DNA from: Bilabrum cf. latius
Lineage: Eukaryota
Length of the DNA stretch: 64,000 nt
Direction of reading: 5' to 3'
Assembly: GCA_965178125.1 (NCBI GenBank)
Contig: OZ237737.1
Span: 1,426,001 to 1,490,000 of the forward strand
The position numbers and the translations under genes were made by a program. Below, one piece after another: positions 49,728-60,819 of the stretch; positions within the stretch are counted from its first letter, which is position 1; the number at the start of each line of letters is the position of its first letter. Under the pieces are notes generated by a model, which saw nothing but the letters and a program-made list of their open reading frames with translations, was not told the DNA's origin and ran no database searches.

Positions 49728-52700
49728 TTAGTCTTTCTCCTAGTACCGTTCAACCACGACTGCGTGCCTCCAGCGGAGGAGCCGTCGAAACTTCGCGCTG
49801 GCCAGCTGCATTCGCACGCCTCCAGCACCGTGTGAGCTCTGCCACCCAATCCGGTTAAAGAACCACCTCGAGCCACTCACGGACGAATCAACGATAGCTG
49901 TTTCCAGGGCTACCATCATGTCGTGCATGCCTGTCGCGCTTGGTAGAACCGGCGGGCCAACCGCAGATACTCGGTCTGGAAGGCTGCTGCTTTCGCTTGT
50001 GGGCGTGCTCGCTCCGCTGCTGGCGCTGGGCTGCAGGGCCACTACCATCTGCCCAGGCGCTGCCAGGGGGTCCTGTTCTGAGTCGGCGTGCGGCTAGTAG
50101 ACATTTGAGCCACGCGGACAGCACATCGGCCGTAGTCCTGCCGTTGCCGATGCAAGCGTTGCGGTAGCCAGTCCTAGCGGGCCCCCGCAAGCGATGCGAT
50201 AGACAGAACTGCCAAAAAGAGCCGGAAATGGCAGACAGCCCAATGCAACTAGGATCATGGCGCACTTGGCTGCTTCAGCCTGGTCTAGTGCAGCGCTGGT
50301 AGGCAGCTGGATGCCCGGAACCCCGCAGGGTCGAAGCGGCTGACTGGCGTACCCAGCAGGCTCGAAGCTACCTACCCCGACGGTATCATCCTTGCTGATG
50401 GTGCTTCGAGCAGACAGGACGACGTATGGGTCAACATTGTACGCCTCGCGCGGTGTAAGCAGAGGTACGAACCGGCGCGGTAGCTAGCTCGAGTTCTCGC
50501 AGCGCAAAGGCCGCGCTGCCAAAACCAAATTCCGCGCTTCGGCAAACCAGGCGCGACCCCCATCTCTTAGTCTGGAGTAGAAGCCCACTCTAACAGCGGC
50601 CATCAATGTTGCTGCGTTCGGTACTCGCTGGCAGAGCCTGGCGAGGCTAGAGTCGAAAGGACCACCAGCCCGCTGCGCATGCACTACTCGGGGTGACTAC
50701 CAGCGGAGGGAGCGTTCCACCAGACCTTGAAACGAGTCTGATTGCAAAGAAATGTACCGCAAGCACAGTGTCGCCCCGTGCCGCATCGCTTCGAAGATTG
50801 GAATAGAGTCTGGAGCCCCATCGTTGGACGCGAGAGCTCCAGCAATGTCCGTCTCTCTAAGCCCATTCCCGGAGCGGATGCATTGATGAAGTACCGCTAG
50901 TGCTGATACATGGTCTTCCACGCAGCACTTCCTGATAACCCATCGCAGGTAGGTGCGCAGTCTTTCAATTTGGAGGCTCGACTATGTGGGCACACTCTCA
51001 GACACACTACGCAGTATGTGCTGCACACCAAGAACGAGGGATGATATGGGATGCTATTGAAAGTCTGAGAATAATCTCGCTTTGTGCATCATGTCTAGAT
51101 ATGGCAGGTCCAAGGCTTCAAGGTGCAAGCGAGTCACCACAGCGAATGGAGGTGAGCATCGCGGCGCCGGTTGTAACCTCAGATTCAGCCTAGAGCTACT
51201 GAGGTCAGAATCAGCGTTGTATTCGTGGGATGACCCAGCAAGCTCAGCGAAGGAGCTCGCCGCAGTCTTCAAGGAGCGCCTCGGCAGCTCTCCTCACCTG
51301 CACTGGCGGGTCCTCTTCCACAGCCGCAAACACGGAGCCCACCGCCGCGGCGATGTCGGCCGAGCGATACGCCTTCATGCTATCGAACCACTGGGAGCGG
51401 TCAAGGACAGCGTGCAGCAGCCGGAGGAATTGCTCCTTCGATGGATCGATTTCCTCTCGATCCGTCAAGTGGGCCAGGATGGCGTCGATCAGCACTTTCA
51501 GGTCCGAGTCTGGGACGAGCTGCCTGCCAATAGGTTCGGTCGCAGCGTCGGCATCCGCGGGCGAAGACTTGTCAGCACTCGACACGCCTATTGACCCACC
51601 AGTTGCCATAGAGTGGTCTTCTATCAGACTGCTTGCTTCGGCCTATCCCTTCGCTTCCATAATCCTGCGCCGCAATGCAGTGCACGCCATGGCCTCGGGC
51701 GCCTCCGCAAACAGGAGTCGGCTCAGCAGCCGGCAGGAGGCGCCCACAGCCATGGCGGGATCTTGCACACCCGTCACCAACGTATCCCCATCATCAACAC
51801 GAGACCCGTCCTCGCACAGGTCCGTGCCACCGCTCTAAGAGTCCTGTGCCCTGACGATCGCAGACACGAGCGACTGCACCAGGCATTGCCGGAGCATGTC
51901 GCTGCCTGCGACCACGAGCAGCGGGAAAGGAATACACGATATACTAGACTGTGAAGTCACTTTCCCTAGGCCGGGCTTAATATGATAGCCGCCGCTGCTG
52001 CTTCCTCCCGCGGCGATTACGCCCTCGCCGGCGTCCTCACTATCCACTCGGTACTCACCTGGAGCATGGGACCAGACTCGCGCGCCCCCGCATGCCATCA
52101 CGTCGAGCTCCGCAAGCGTGCAGACAACCGTGCTTGCCAGTGATTCGTCCCCGCAGCTGCCAACGCTCGCGACCAGGGATCGCCCCAGCAGCCCGTATAC
52201 CTCCAGCGATACGCCACCTGCTCTGCCGACTCCTAGTGAAACCTCGGCCGCGTCATCCTCGGCCCCACCTCGAAGCATGCATCGGAGCAGCAGCAGAGAT
52301 GTGCGCAGGTGCTATGCCGCCGAGGGCACGACCTTTAGGCTCTTGGAAACCCGCCTATCCAGCTGCTCGATTTCTTTCTGCTCTTGGCGGGCCTCGAGGC
52401 TGCGCGAAAGCTCACGGTGAGCACTCTCCTGCGACTCAGCGGAGCTGCACAGGCGAGAGACCAACAATGGCGCCTTTAAGCCGTCCTCCTCGAGCTCATC
52501 GTGCTCGCTCCCATCATACTATCCATCGCTCAGCCCGTGCTTTTGCGCCGCGGCACTTTGCACCAGAATCTACAGGCTGCAGCAGGCGTGGACAACCTGA
52601 GACTCTTGGCCTGCAGGCTGCAGCTGTTTACCACCGGCAGCAGACACGACCGAGACTGCTGGAATCGTAGAATCTGGACTGCACGGCAGATCAACGTCCC

Positions 52701-55497
52701 AACCGCCCACTGCAAATAGTGTCGCTTCAGAGCATACCCGAATTGCGTCCTGTAATGACCAGCTCTACTTCTTGACGGTGCACGGAGCTGGAAAATGGCA
52801 TCGGCGGAGAGAGCATCGGATTGGGTCGAGCGCCGGAATAGCATCCCTGGAATAGATGCTGTCTGCACGCCCATTGGCGTCAGGTGCGGCAGGAGACGCG
52901 GATCCGCTGTCCTCATCTTCGTTGCGGGATGCTTTGTCTGCGCTACCTATGGAGGTCCAATCGTCAGAGTCGGTCTAACTCTGCGCGAGTTTAACGTCTT
53001 TCAGGCTCTCCTTGGACTCGTCACCAAGCGCCGATGACTCTTGGGCACCCCTGCCGCTGTGTTCTCCAGCTGCGTCTGCACTGTTCACAGCAATGGCAGA
53101 CAGGTCTAATTCAAATTCGATAGCACCCTCTTGAGAGCTGGGATCAGGATCGCTCGTACCTTGCGCATCGGCAGCGCCAGCACCAGCCGCAGCTGCAGCA
53201 ATCTCAGCCAGATCCAAGGAGAATTCAGGAATGCCATCGTCTCCAATTGTACCCTTGGAGTGATGAGGTGACGGCACATCGCCATGGCTGCTTGGAGACC
53301 CTGTAGACTCGCCAGCGCGGCTAGAAGCCCCCGGCAAGCTCACATCCTTGCACGATGCCAGTACTCTATCCGAACCCCCACAAGCTACATTCAAAGCCGA
53401 GCTGACGTGTACAAGACTAGCCTGACGCACAGGAACAGCAGTACTACCGATGCCTTCTACCATTCGAGTAACTGGGCGATCCCCAGGTGCGGGATCTGAG
53501 CCCGCTCCTCCCCCCGATCCTGCGTGGGCTGCACTTGGTCTGCACAAGGTCTCCATGGTTTCGGACAAGCCTTTCCCTGCCACCTCGTTGTAGTCAGACA
53601 ATGCTTGCATCAGCAAGAATAGGCACTCTAGACATACGCAACGCGCAACTGGCGGCGTGAAGGCGCCGGCAAGCATCGACCACAACATTTGAAGCATAGC
53701 ACCTCCATGTGAGGTGGCAATGCAAGCCCATGTGGACGCGTCGCCACTGCTCTGGAGCATTTGAAGCAATGTCGAAGCAGCATAGAGTGCGCTCCCTGGT
53801 TCGATGCCTGCATCTATTCCAAAGTCTAAACTAGGACCAGAATCGGTATCAGGAATTGCGATTTCAGGAGCTGGTTCGGGAGGAACAGTAGCCCCGTGCA
53901 GGCGCAGGACAGACGTCCACAGCGCGAGTGACATGGTAACCGGACCGCTGTGCTGCTCGCTGCAGCTCGACGAGCCAAGAGCTCCGTCCTCACTCTGAGA
54001 GGGACTCGCACCCGCACCCGCACCCGCACCCGCACCCGCACCCGCACCCGCACCCGCACCCGCACCCGCACCCGCACCCGCACCCGCACCCGCACCCGCA
54101 CCTGTGCCTGTGTCTGCACCCACGATCCCAGCAACACCTAAAACCCGGGCTGCCTGTGCCAGGCCACCAGGACTCAGACCCGCCGTGCCGAGCGCGAGCA
54201 CGATTGCCATCCCCTCTCTGCCGAACGCTGCTGGATCGAGTGGCTGCCCAATGCTACCTGGCTCCACCTCACTGTGTCGACTAGGCGCGCCGTCCGCATC
54301 AGCCTCTTCGTAGTCTTCGTCTACGTCGCTGTCGTCATCGTCGTCATCTCCACCGCCCGCTGCCAATCCGAGAATCCGTCTCCAATCCGACAGAGAGGCG
54401 CGAGAAGCATCCATGCCCTTCGCTACCCAGCTGCAGAATCTCGAGCACGCCTCGTCGATACCTAGCTGTAACTTTGCCACTGGGCTGCTACCATCTGCTT
54501 TCAACCATTCCTTGGCTGCACTCAGCTGCCTCAGGGCACTGAACCTGCTTGCCATCAGCAGCATCGCTGCACACTGTGGGCCCCCAACGGAGGACGTCTC
54601 GGGGGCTACAGACAGCAATCCGGCAATTGCATGCAAAGGGCGACGTGCATCGTCAGGAAATCGATCGCTAGCTATTGGCTGGAGCCTCATGATGTCACTG
54701 GATCTGTCCCAAATGCACCCGACGACCGTCTTGCGATCAGTCCCCAGCCCAGTCGGAGGACAGCTCGTCTGCATCACAGCAGGAGCAGCAAGCTCTTGAG
54801 CTGCCAAACTATCGCCTCGGGAGCAAACCGATGCAGCAAGTGTGCCGCTCCGCTCCGCAATGGATTGTGATTCTTCCCCTCGAGCTGCTGTTCGGAGATG
54901 CAGCAGCCTCTTCAGCATGCCAGACTCTCTGGGCTCCAAGGCCTTCAAATCCTCGATCGGGGAGTCATTCCAACGTCGAGTTTGACAGTAGGTCTAACCC
55001 GCCAAGCAAAGGCAAGAAATGCCACGAGCAGACTCGGCCGCCTCGCGAGAGAGCAAAGCGCACCGGTGGATAGATCGCGTGTACTCCGAGGCGGCTCTGA
55101 TCCACTGGCTCTCAGGCAATGCGTCAGTAGGCTCCTACCCAATTTTCAAAACTGCTGTAGCAGATATACAGCCTGCGATGTCCACAGCTCGTAAAAGACT
55201 GCCAACTCGGCTGGTCGTTGTTGCAACTGGAGCAAGGCTGGCACTTGTCCTGGTGCTGAGACTCAGTGAAGCTGAAACGTCTTCTGATAGTACAACCTGT
55301 GTATCTGGCTCCAAATCTGGGCTAAGCTTATTGTGTGGGGCCGGCTTGGTGGCATCAGCAGGCATCGAGCTCGTTTGCAGCAAGGGATCGAATCCATCTG
55401 GCAAATCCCAGGATACCTATCTGGTCTTCGAGTGATAGTAGTACGTTTTCCCAGTCTTGGGATCTGTGGTCTGCTTCCACTTCCCTTTCTTGGGCAT
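49728..55497 (-). CDS. Large hypothetical protein with an N-terminal WW domain; unresolved frame change near 51240-51300
   Basis: ATG 55497 gives MPKKGKWKQTTDPKTGKTYYYHSKTR*VSWDLP (WW). The frame is open except for TAG down to TGA at 51244. A second frame is open except for TAG from about 51290 to TAA 49728-49730. Probably one gene with an intron or an indel. Confidence 0.65.
54007..54102. repeat. Perfect hexanucleotide microsatellite (CGCACC)16 encoding a poly(Gly-Ala) tract on the minus strand
   Basis: Directly visible. Translates as GAGAGA... in ORF 52975-54948. Confidence 0.97.
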
Positions 55498-55633
55498 CCC
55501 GAGATATGCTAAGGACGGCCGTGCGCTCGATCATCGCAGGTTCCGCAAGTTGCAGCTTGCCCCCGAATGCCAAACGTCGCCCGCACACACCGTCAGAATC
55601 ATTTCGAAGTGGATGGGGATGCTTTAATTCAAT
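55498..55633. promoter_or_regulatory. 136-bp bidirectional promoter region between the WW-protein gene and MCM9
   Basis: Head-to-head ATGs at 55497 (-) and 55634 (+). Confidence 0.55.
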
Positions 55634-58600
55634 ATGCAGCATGATTCGGGAGACGATCCACTCGCGCAAGAGCTGCTTGCGATTGTGCGAGTGCTATCAA
55701 AATTGAAATACAGGCGACGATTAATTGCCATTCTGCGGGACGACCGGGACCCCGACACCAAGCACTACGGATTCCCCATCGAGTAAGCTACTTATCCCAT
55801 GGCCTACACGTGGCAGGTTCTGTGCACTGTGCTGATTTCGGGTTGTTTCATGAATCTTGGCGTGGAGCAGTTGCGCAGGTGCTTTCTTTCCAAGCCAGGA
55901 ACAACATTTGTACTACCATTTCCCCCACCGAACTCGCAGCCCTTGTGACATTTTTGAGAGGGCGCCGCAGCTCGCGGCGTCGCTTGCGAGAAGCTCGGAT
56001 ACGGTGCTTGCAAAGCTTGATCACTGCATCGACGAGTGCTAGCGATTGTGGATGCGCAGCCCTTCCATTGCGAGAGTTGACGTCGGGACATGTGAAATTG
56101 ATCCAAGTGAGGACGACCAGCCGGCCCCAACGATGACGTTCAAGCATCACGTCCATGCTCGCCTCGGGCCCATGCCTGCCATTCCAGAGCTGTGTCGGCC
56201 GAACGTGTCCTCCATCCGCGCGACGGACGTCGGGATGTTTCTCCAAGTCACGGGGACCGTCATTCGCACCGGATCCATCCGAATGCTCGAATCTGCTTGC
56301 GAGTTCGAGTGCGCGAAGAAGAGCTGCGGGTTTCGGTTTACGGTGCATGCCGACGTGGAGCAGGACAACACCATGGAGCTGCCCCAGACCTGCCCTTCCC
56401 CGGATGGCAAGTGCAACGGAAGGAAATTTCTTCCCGTGGCGGGCACCAAGCTACAGGAGGACTACCAGGAGGTCAAGATCCAGGAGCAGGCCCAGTCGCT
56501 GGCTGTTGGTAGCATCCCGCGGTCGATCGTGGCGGTGCTTCGCAACGACCTCGTGGATGCCCTTAAGGCGGGCGATGACGTGGTCGTGGCGGGCATGGTG
56601 ACCCGCCGGTGGACCCGCATCAACAAGGGATAGCGATGCGACCTGGAGATTGTGATCAAGGCCAACTACGTGGACGTCACCACAGAGATGAGGGCCGGAG
56701 GCAGCGCGGGGGGTGCGGCTGGTGGGGCATTGGCCGGTGGGGCGGCGGACTTGAGTGCGCTGGGCGCCAGCGAGTCGGGGGGGGCTGCTTCGGAGGAGCT
56801 CCGGCGCGATTTCTAGGACTTCTGGCGGTACTTCAAGGACGAGACTCACTGCCCGCTGAGGGGCAGGGACGTGCTGCTGCGGTCCGTGTGCCCCAGCCTG
56901 CACGGCATGTACCCGGTCAAGCTGGCGCTTGCGCTCACTCTCACCGGTGGGGTGGGGCGGCGTGCCAGGGATGGGACCTAGGTACGTGCAGAGCCGCACA
57001 TGCTCATGGTGGGGGACCCGGGCACCGGCAAGTCCCAGCTCCTCCGCTTCGCGGCGCAGGTGACCCCGAGGGCTGTGCTAACCACCGGCACGGGTACGAC
57101 GTCTGCGGGGCTCACGTGCACTGCAGTGAAGGATTCTGGCGAGTGGCAGCTGGAGGCCGGCGCGCTTGTCCTTGCAGACAGGGGCATTTGCTGCATCGAT
57201 GAGTTTGGAAGCATCAAGGAGCACGACAGGGCTACCATCCACGAGGCCATGGAGCAGCAGACGCTCTCCGTGGCAAAGGCCGGACTGGTGTGCAAGCTGA
57301 ATTCCAGATGCACGATTGTGGCAGCCACCAACTGCAAGGGCGGATACTCTCCTGACGTGGACCTGGTGACCAACACCGCCATCCAGGGGCCGCTGCTCTC
57401 CCGGTTCGACATCGTGATGCTGATGCTTGATGTGCCCGACCCCTCGTGGGACAGGGACGTGTCCTCCTTCCTGCTGCAACAGGCTTGCGGGGAGGATGTG
57501 AGCGCCCCGCCAGCAGATTCGGACGAACCACGAGCGCTAGGTGTGTCCAGCAGCAGCAGTTCGTTCGCCGTATCGAGTACCTCGCCGACAAGCGCAAGAT
57601 CCGGGCGCGGTGGCGCAGGGCAAGGGTCCGATTTCGCGCCGTAGCCAGTCGTGGAGGTGGGCATCGGCGCGGGCGTCGATCAGACACGCGACCCATCGAC
57701 CGGAAGGCGGGTAGAAGACCCACCTGCCAAGCGGCAGCGACACAAGATTCCACAGTCGCAAAGTTCGGGGCAGCGAAACAGAGACAAGGCCAGGTGGTCG
57801 ACCGAGCGGTTCCGAGCGTACTTGCTGTGGTCCAAGGCCGCGTTCTAGCCTCAAGTATCGGAAGGCGCCTCCGACGTCATCGAGGCGTACTATGCCGAGC
57901 AGCGGTAGCTGAGCGCGAGTGGGATGTCTGGTGGGGCGGCCAGAACCACCATCCGACTGCTTGAGAGCCTTCTGCGGCTCACGTAGGCACACGCAAGGAT
58001 GCTTACCAGGCACAACGCGACAATCCAAGACGCGGTCATTGCGGTGCTAGCCATCGATTCGAGCGTGGCGCCCGACGGCGTGGGGCTAGCAGCTGCCTCT
58101 GCGGTGCACAAGGCGTTTCCCGACGACCCTGACCTGGCGTACGAGGAGCAGGAGGAGAGCTTGCTCCAGAGACTCAGGCTGCCCGGTCTGGTTGGCAAGT
58201 GGCGGAAAGAGGACGAGGAGCTTAACGGGGTGAGATCGCCTGGACGCGGTGCTGGTGACCCCAGGGGAAGTGGAGGTGCCGGCGGCATGGGTGGCACCGG
58301 AAGATCCAATGCCGGATCCAGCCAGGGGATCGGCGGGTCTCTTGGTCAGAATACGGACCCGGTGCAAGTTCGTGATGGGGAGCGTGACAGGTACGGGGCA
58401 GCAGGTACTGCAGAGCTGCTGCAGGACTCTGCGTTTGACCTGGGCCTATCCAGCGATCCGCCGGGTGGCCCCGCTCGCGCTTCGTCAGGGTTCTCGCCGG
58501 GCCGTGCCATGGAAGGGGTCAAATTCGATGACACGGATTTCGACCGGATCGGGCTGAAGGGCAGCAGCTCCTCTTCCGCGTCGAGTGCGGGCGACGCAGC

Positions 58601-59678
58601 TGCTAGACAGAAGGCAGCTGCCCGGCCAGAGGCCGCTAGAGGCTAGGCTGGTTTCTACGCGAGGTCCAAGCCGATCGGGGCGCCCCTGCCGAGGTCGGCC
58701 GGTGATACCCGGGCAGGAGCGGGAACGCCAGGATGGGGACCTGGCGCTGCATCTGGACTGGTCGGAGCTGCAGCCGGCTCAAAGAGACCAAGGCCGCAGT
58801 CTGAAGCGGTGCAGCTGCCGACCAGGGCAAGCGACCCGCAGTCTAGCCCATCACACGCGCGTGTGCAGCAGCAGGACCCTCAGGTCGGCACGCCGTCACA
58901 ACGCGGGCAGCCACCAGGCAAGAGGAGGCGCTCCACTCCACGGCAGAGGAGGAGCGGGCTGGACGCCACCAGCGACCCAAGGAGCGCGGGAAGGAACAGT
59001 GCGAGCGCCACCCCAGCCTCTGCTCTGGATCGCGTGCTGAAGCTGGCTGTGGAGGACGGGATGGAGGGGCTGGGGGCACTCGTGGTGGACGACCTCGATC
59101 AAGGGGGCAACCAAAGCCGGGGTGAGACCGGTGCAGCGCGAGAATTTGCACCAAGTGGAGCTGGTGCGCTGCCTAGGAGGGCTCTAGGCATCCGACATGC
59201 TCGAGGGGGCACAGGTCTGGCGGCCGTGCAGAGGTCGATGCTGTTCGGGGGCACGCAGCAATCTTCGATGCTCTCCGACTCAGTAGCAGACCGCAGGCCC
59301 AACCCGGACGCACTCAAGCGATTCGATTCGATTGAAAACAGAGGCAACCAAGGCGACGGCCGCGATGCCGGGGCGAATTACGGGCCACATGTTGGTGCGC
59401 CCACGGCACGCCACAGCAGCGGCATCCAGTCAGATGCCGGCCAACCCGCACCGCAGCACAATTTGGGGTAGGACCCAGGCAGGAAGTCCATCGCAGTTGG
59501 TCTGGGGGTGGGCGAGGGCCCAGTGGGCAGCAGCACATCACTTGACGCTGCTGCCGCGCCTCAGGTTGTGCAGCCACACAATCAGCCGAGAGGTGTGCAG
59601 GACGATCCTGCCACCAGTGGTTACGTAGACGATTTGATGGCGGGTCTGGAAGGCGACCTTGATCTGGAGAACATGTGA
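55634..59678 (+). CDS. MCM9: DNA helicase MCM9 (exons 55634-55782, 55940-59678) with a long disordered C-terminal tail
   Basis: OB/Zn finger region [21 protein letters not shown]; Walker [48 protein letters not shown]; arginine finger [23 protein letters not shown]9-type features are [19 protein letters not shown] and the long tail. 10 in-frame TAG. Ends TGA 59676-59678. Confidence 0.9.
55783..55939 (+). other. Spliceosomal intron (157 nt, GTAAG...CGCAG)
   Basis: Phase-2 join gives HYGFPID/PCDIFE and links the two MCM9 frames. Confidence 0.78.
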
Positions 59679-59834
59679 ACCGCCTAGTGTATTGTTCGAT
59701 TTCAGTCCATCCTTCCATCACTCAAGTGCAGGTCAACACATCTTTCTTGTGATTGCACCGCGTGAACGAGCCCGGCGGCGGTGTCCTGTGGCATTCGTTT
59801 AGTATTAGGTACAAGAGTGTAGATTTTCAGTCGC

Positions 59835-60689
59835 TCAAGATCCCATCCTACCCTTTGCTCGCATGAGGGCCTCCACGTACTCTGTGTAGTCGGTCTTGCG
59901 AAGGTGGTTGCGGTGGTCGTGGTGCTTGAGCTCGTGCACCATCTCGTCGTCTACCTCGAACCGTTCCTGCTGCTCCGTCTGGATCTTGCCCCGCGCCGTG
60001 GAGAACTACCGCAGTTTTTGCACGTGGTCCACCAGGTGCTTCTTGGTCTCCCCGCTGTCGTCGGGGCCAGACCGGCGCACTACCCCCATCCCTTGCAGCA
60101 CCTTCTTCCGGGCCTTTGCCTCCGCAATCCGCATGATGCGGTCCTCCTCGGGCTCTGCAGCGATTTTGGCTCGGATGGACGCTTTTCGTGCCTTCTCTTT
60201 CTCCTCTTCCTCCTCATCCATTACCTCCCAGATGTCTTTGCCTTCCCGAGCCGATCTCTCCTTCACCCGGATAGACTCAGAGAGGGCCGCGCCCTGCGCA
60301 TCACTAGGCACGGGCAACCCTTTCCCGCGTAGCTTTCTGGCTGCTTCCTCCCACTGTCTACGCTATTCCTGCACCACCGGATGATCCCCTGGAGCCGCCT
60401 CCATACCCCCCCTTGCATAGATCGCTTCCGAAGCTGCCCTGCCACCAGGCCGGAGGCCTTTGTGAAACATGCTTCCAAGAGGCACCTTGTCTCCAGCCGG
60501 TGGTCGGCTCTTATCGAAGGTTGCTCTGTCAAGTTGAGATAGCGCGCTGACATGATGCAAAGTCTCTTTCATCCGCTCCTGCTCTTCTCTCAATTCTTCT
60601 TCCGCCTTCATTCTACGTTTTCTTGCTGCTTCTAGCCTAGGATCCTCTATTTTTCTGATCTCATATGCATCTTCGCCTGGAAAGGCCAT
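59835..60689 (-). CDS. Hypothetical charged/coiled-coil protein (284 aa)
   Basis: ORFs 60363-60689 and 60006-60317 are in frame, joined through TAG at 60363 and 60006. Continues to ...HLRKTDYTEYVEALMRAKGRMGS and TGA 59835-59837. Confidence 0.75.
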
Positions 60690-60819
60690 GGTGTTGAAGC
60701 TATAAACGCAAGTCTTGACATGCGAACGGCTAGCCGCAGCGGAACATTATCGCGACCAAAAATGCGCGGCGCCAGTTGCGTCCCACGTCGCGTCGGTCCA
60801 TTCTTTTCTCTCGCTTGCC

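Noticed and set aside
53826-54141. Poly(RV) and poly(RT) ORFs
   Set aside because: Alternate-frame readings of the (CGCACC)16 microsatellite. The coding frame gives poly(GA).
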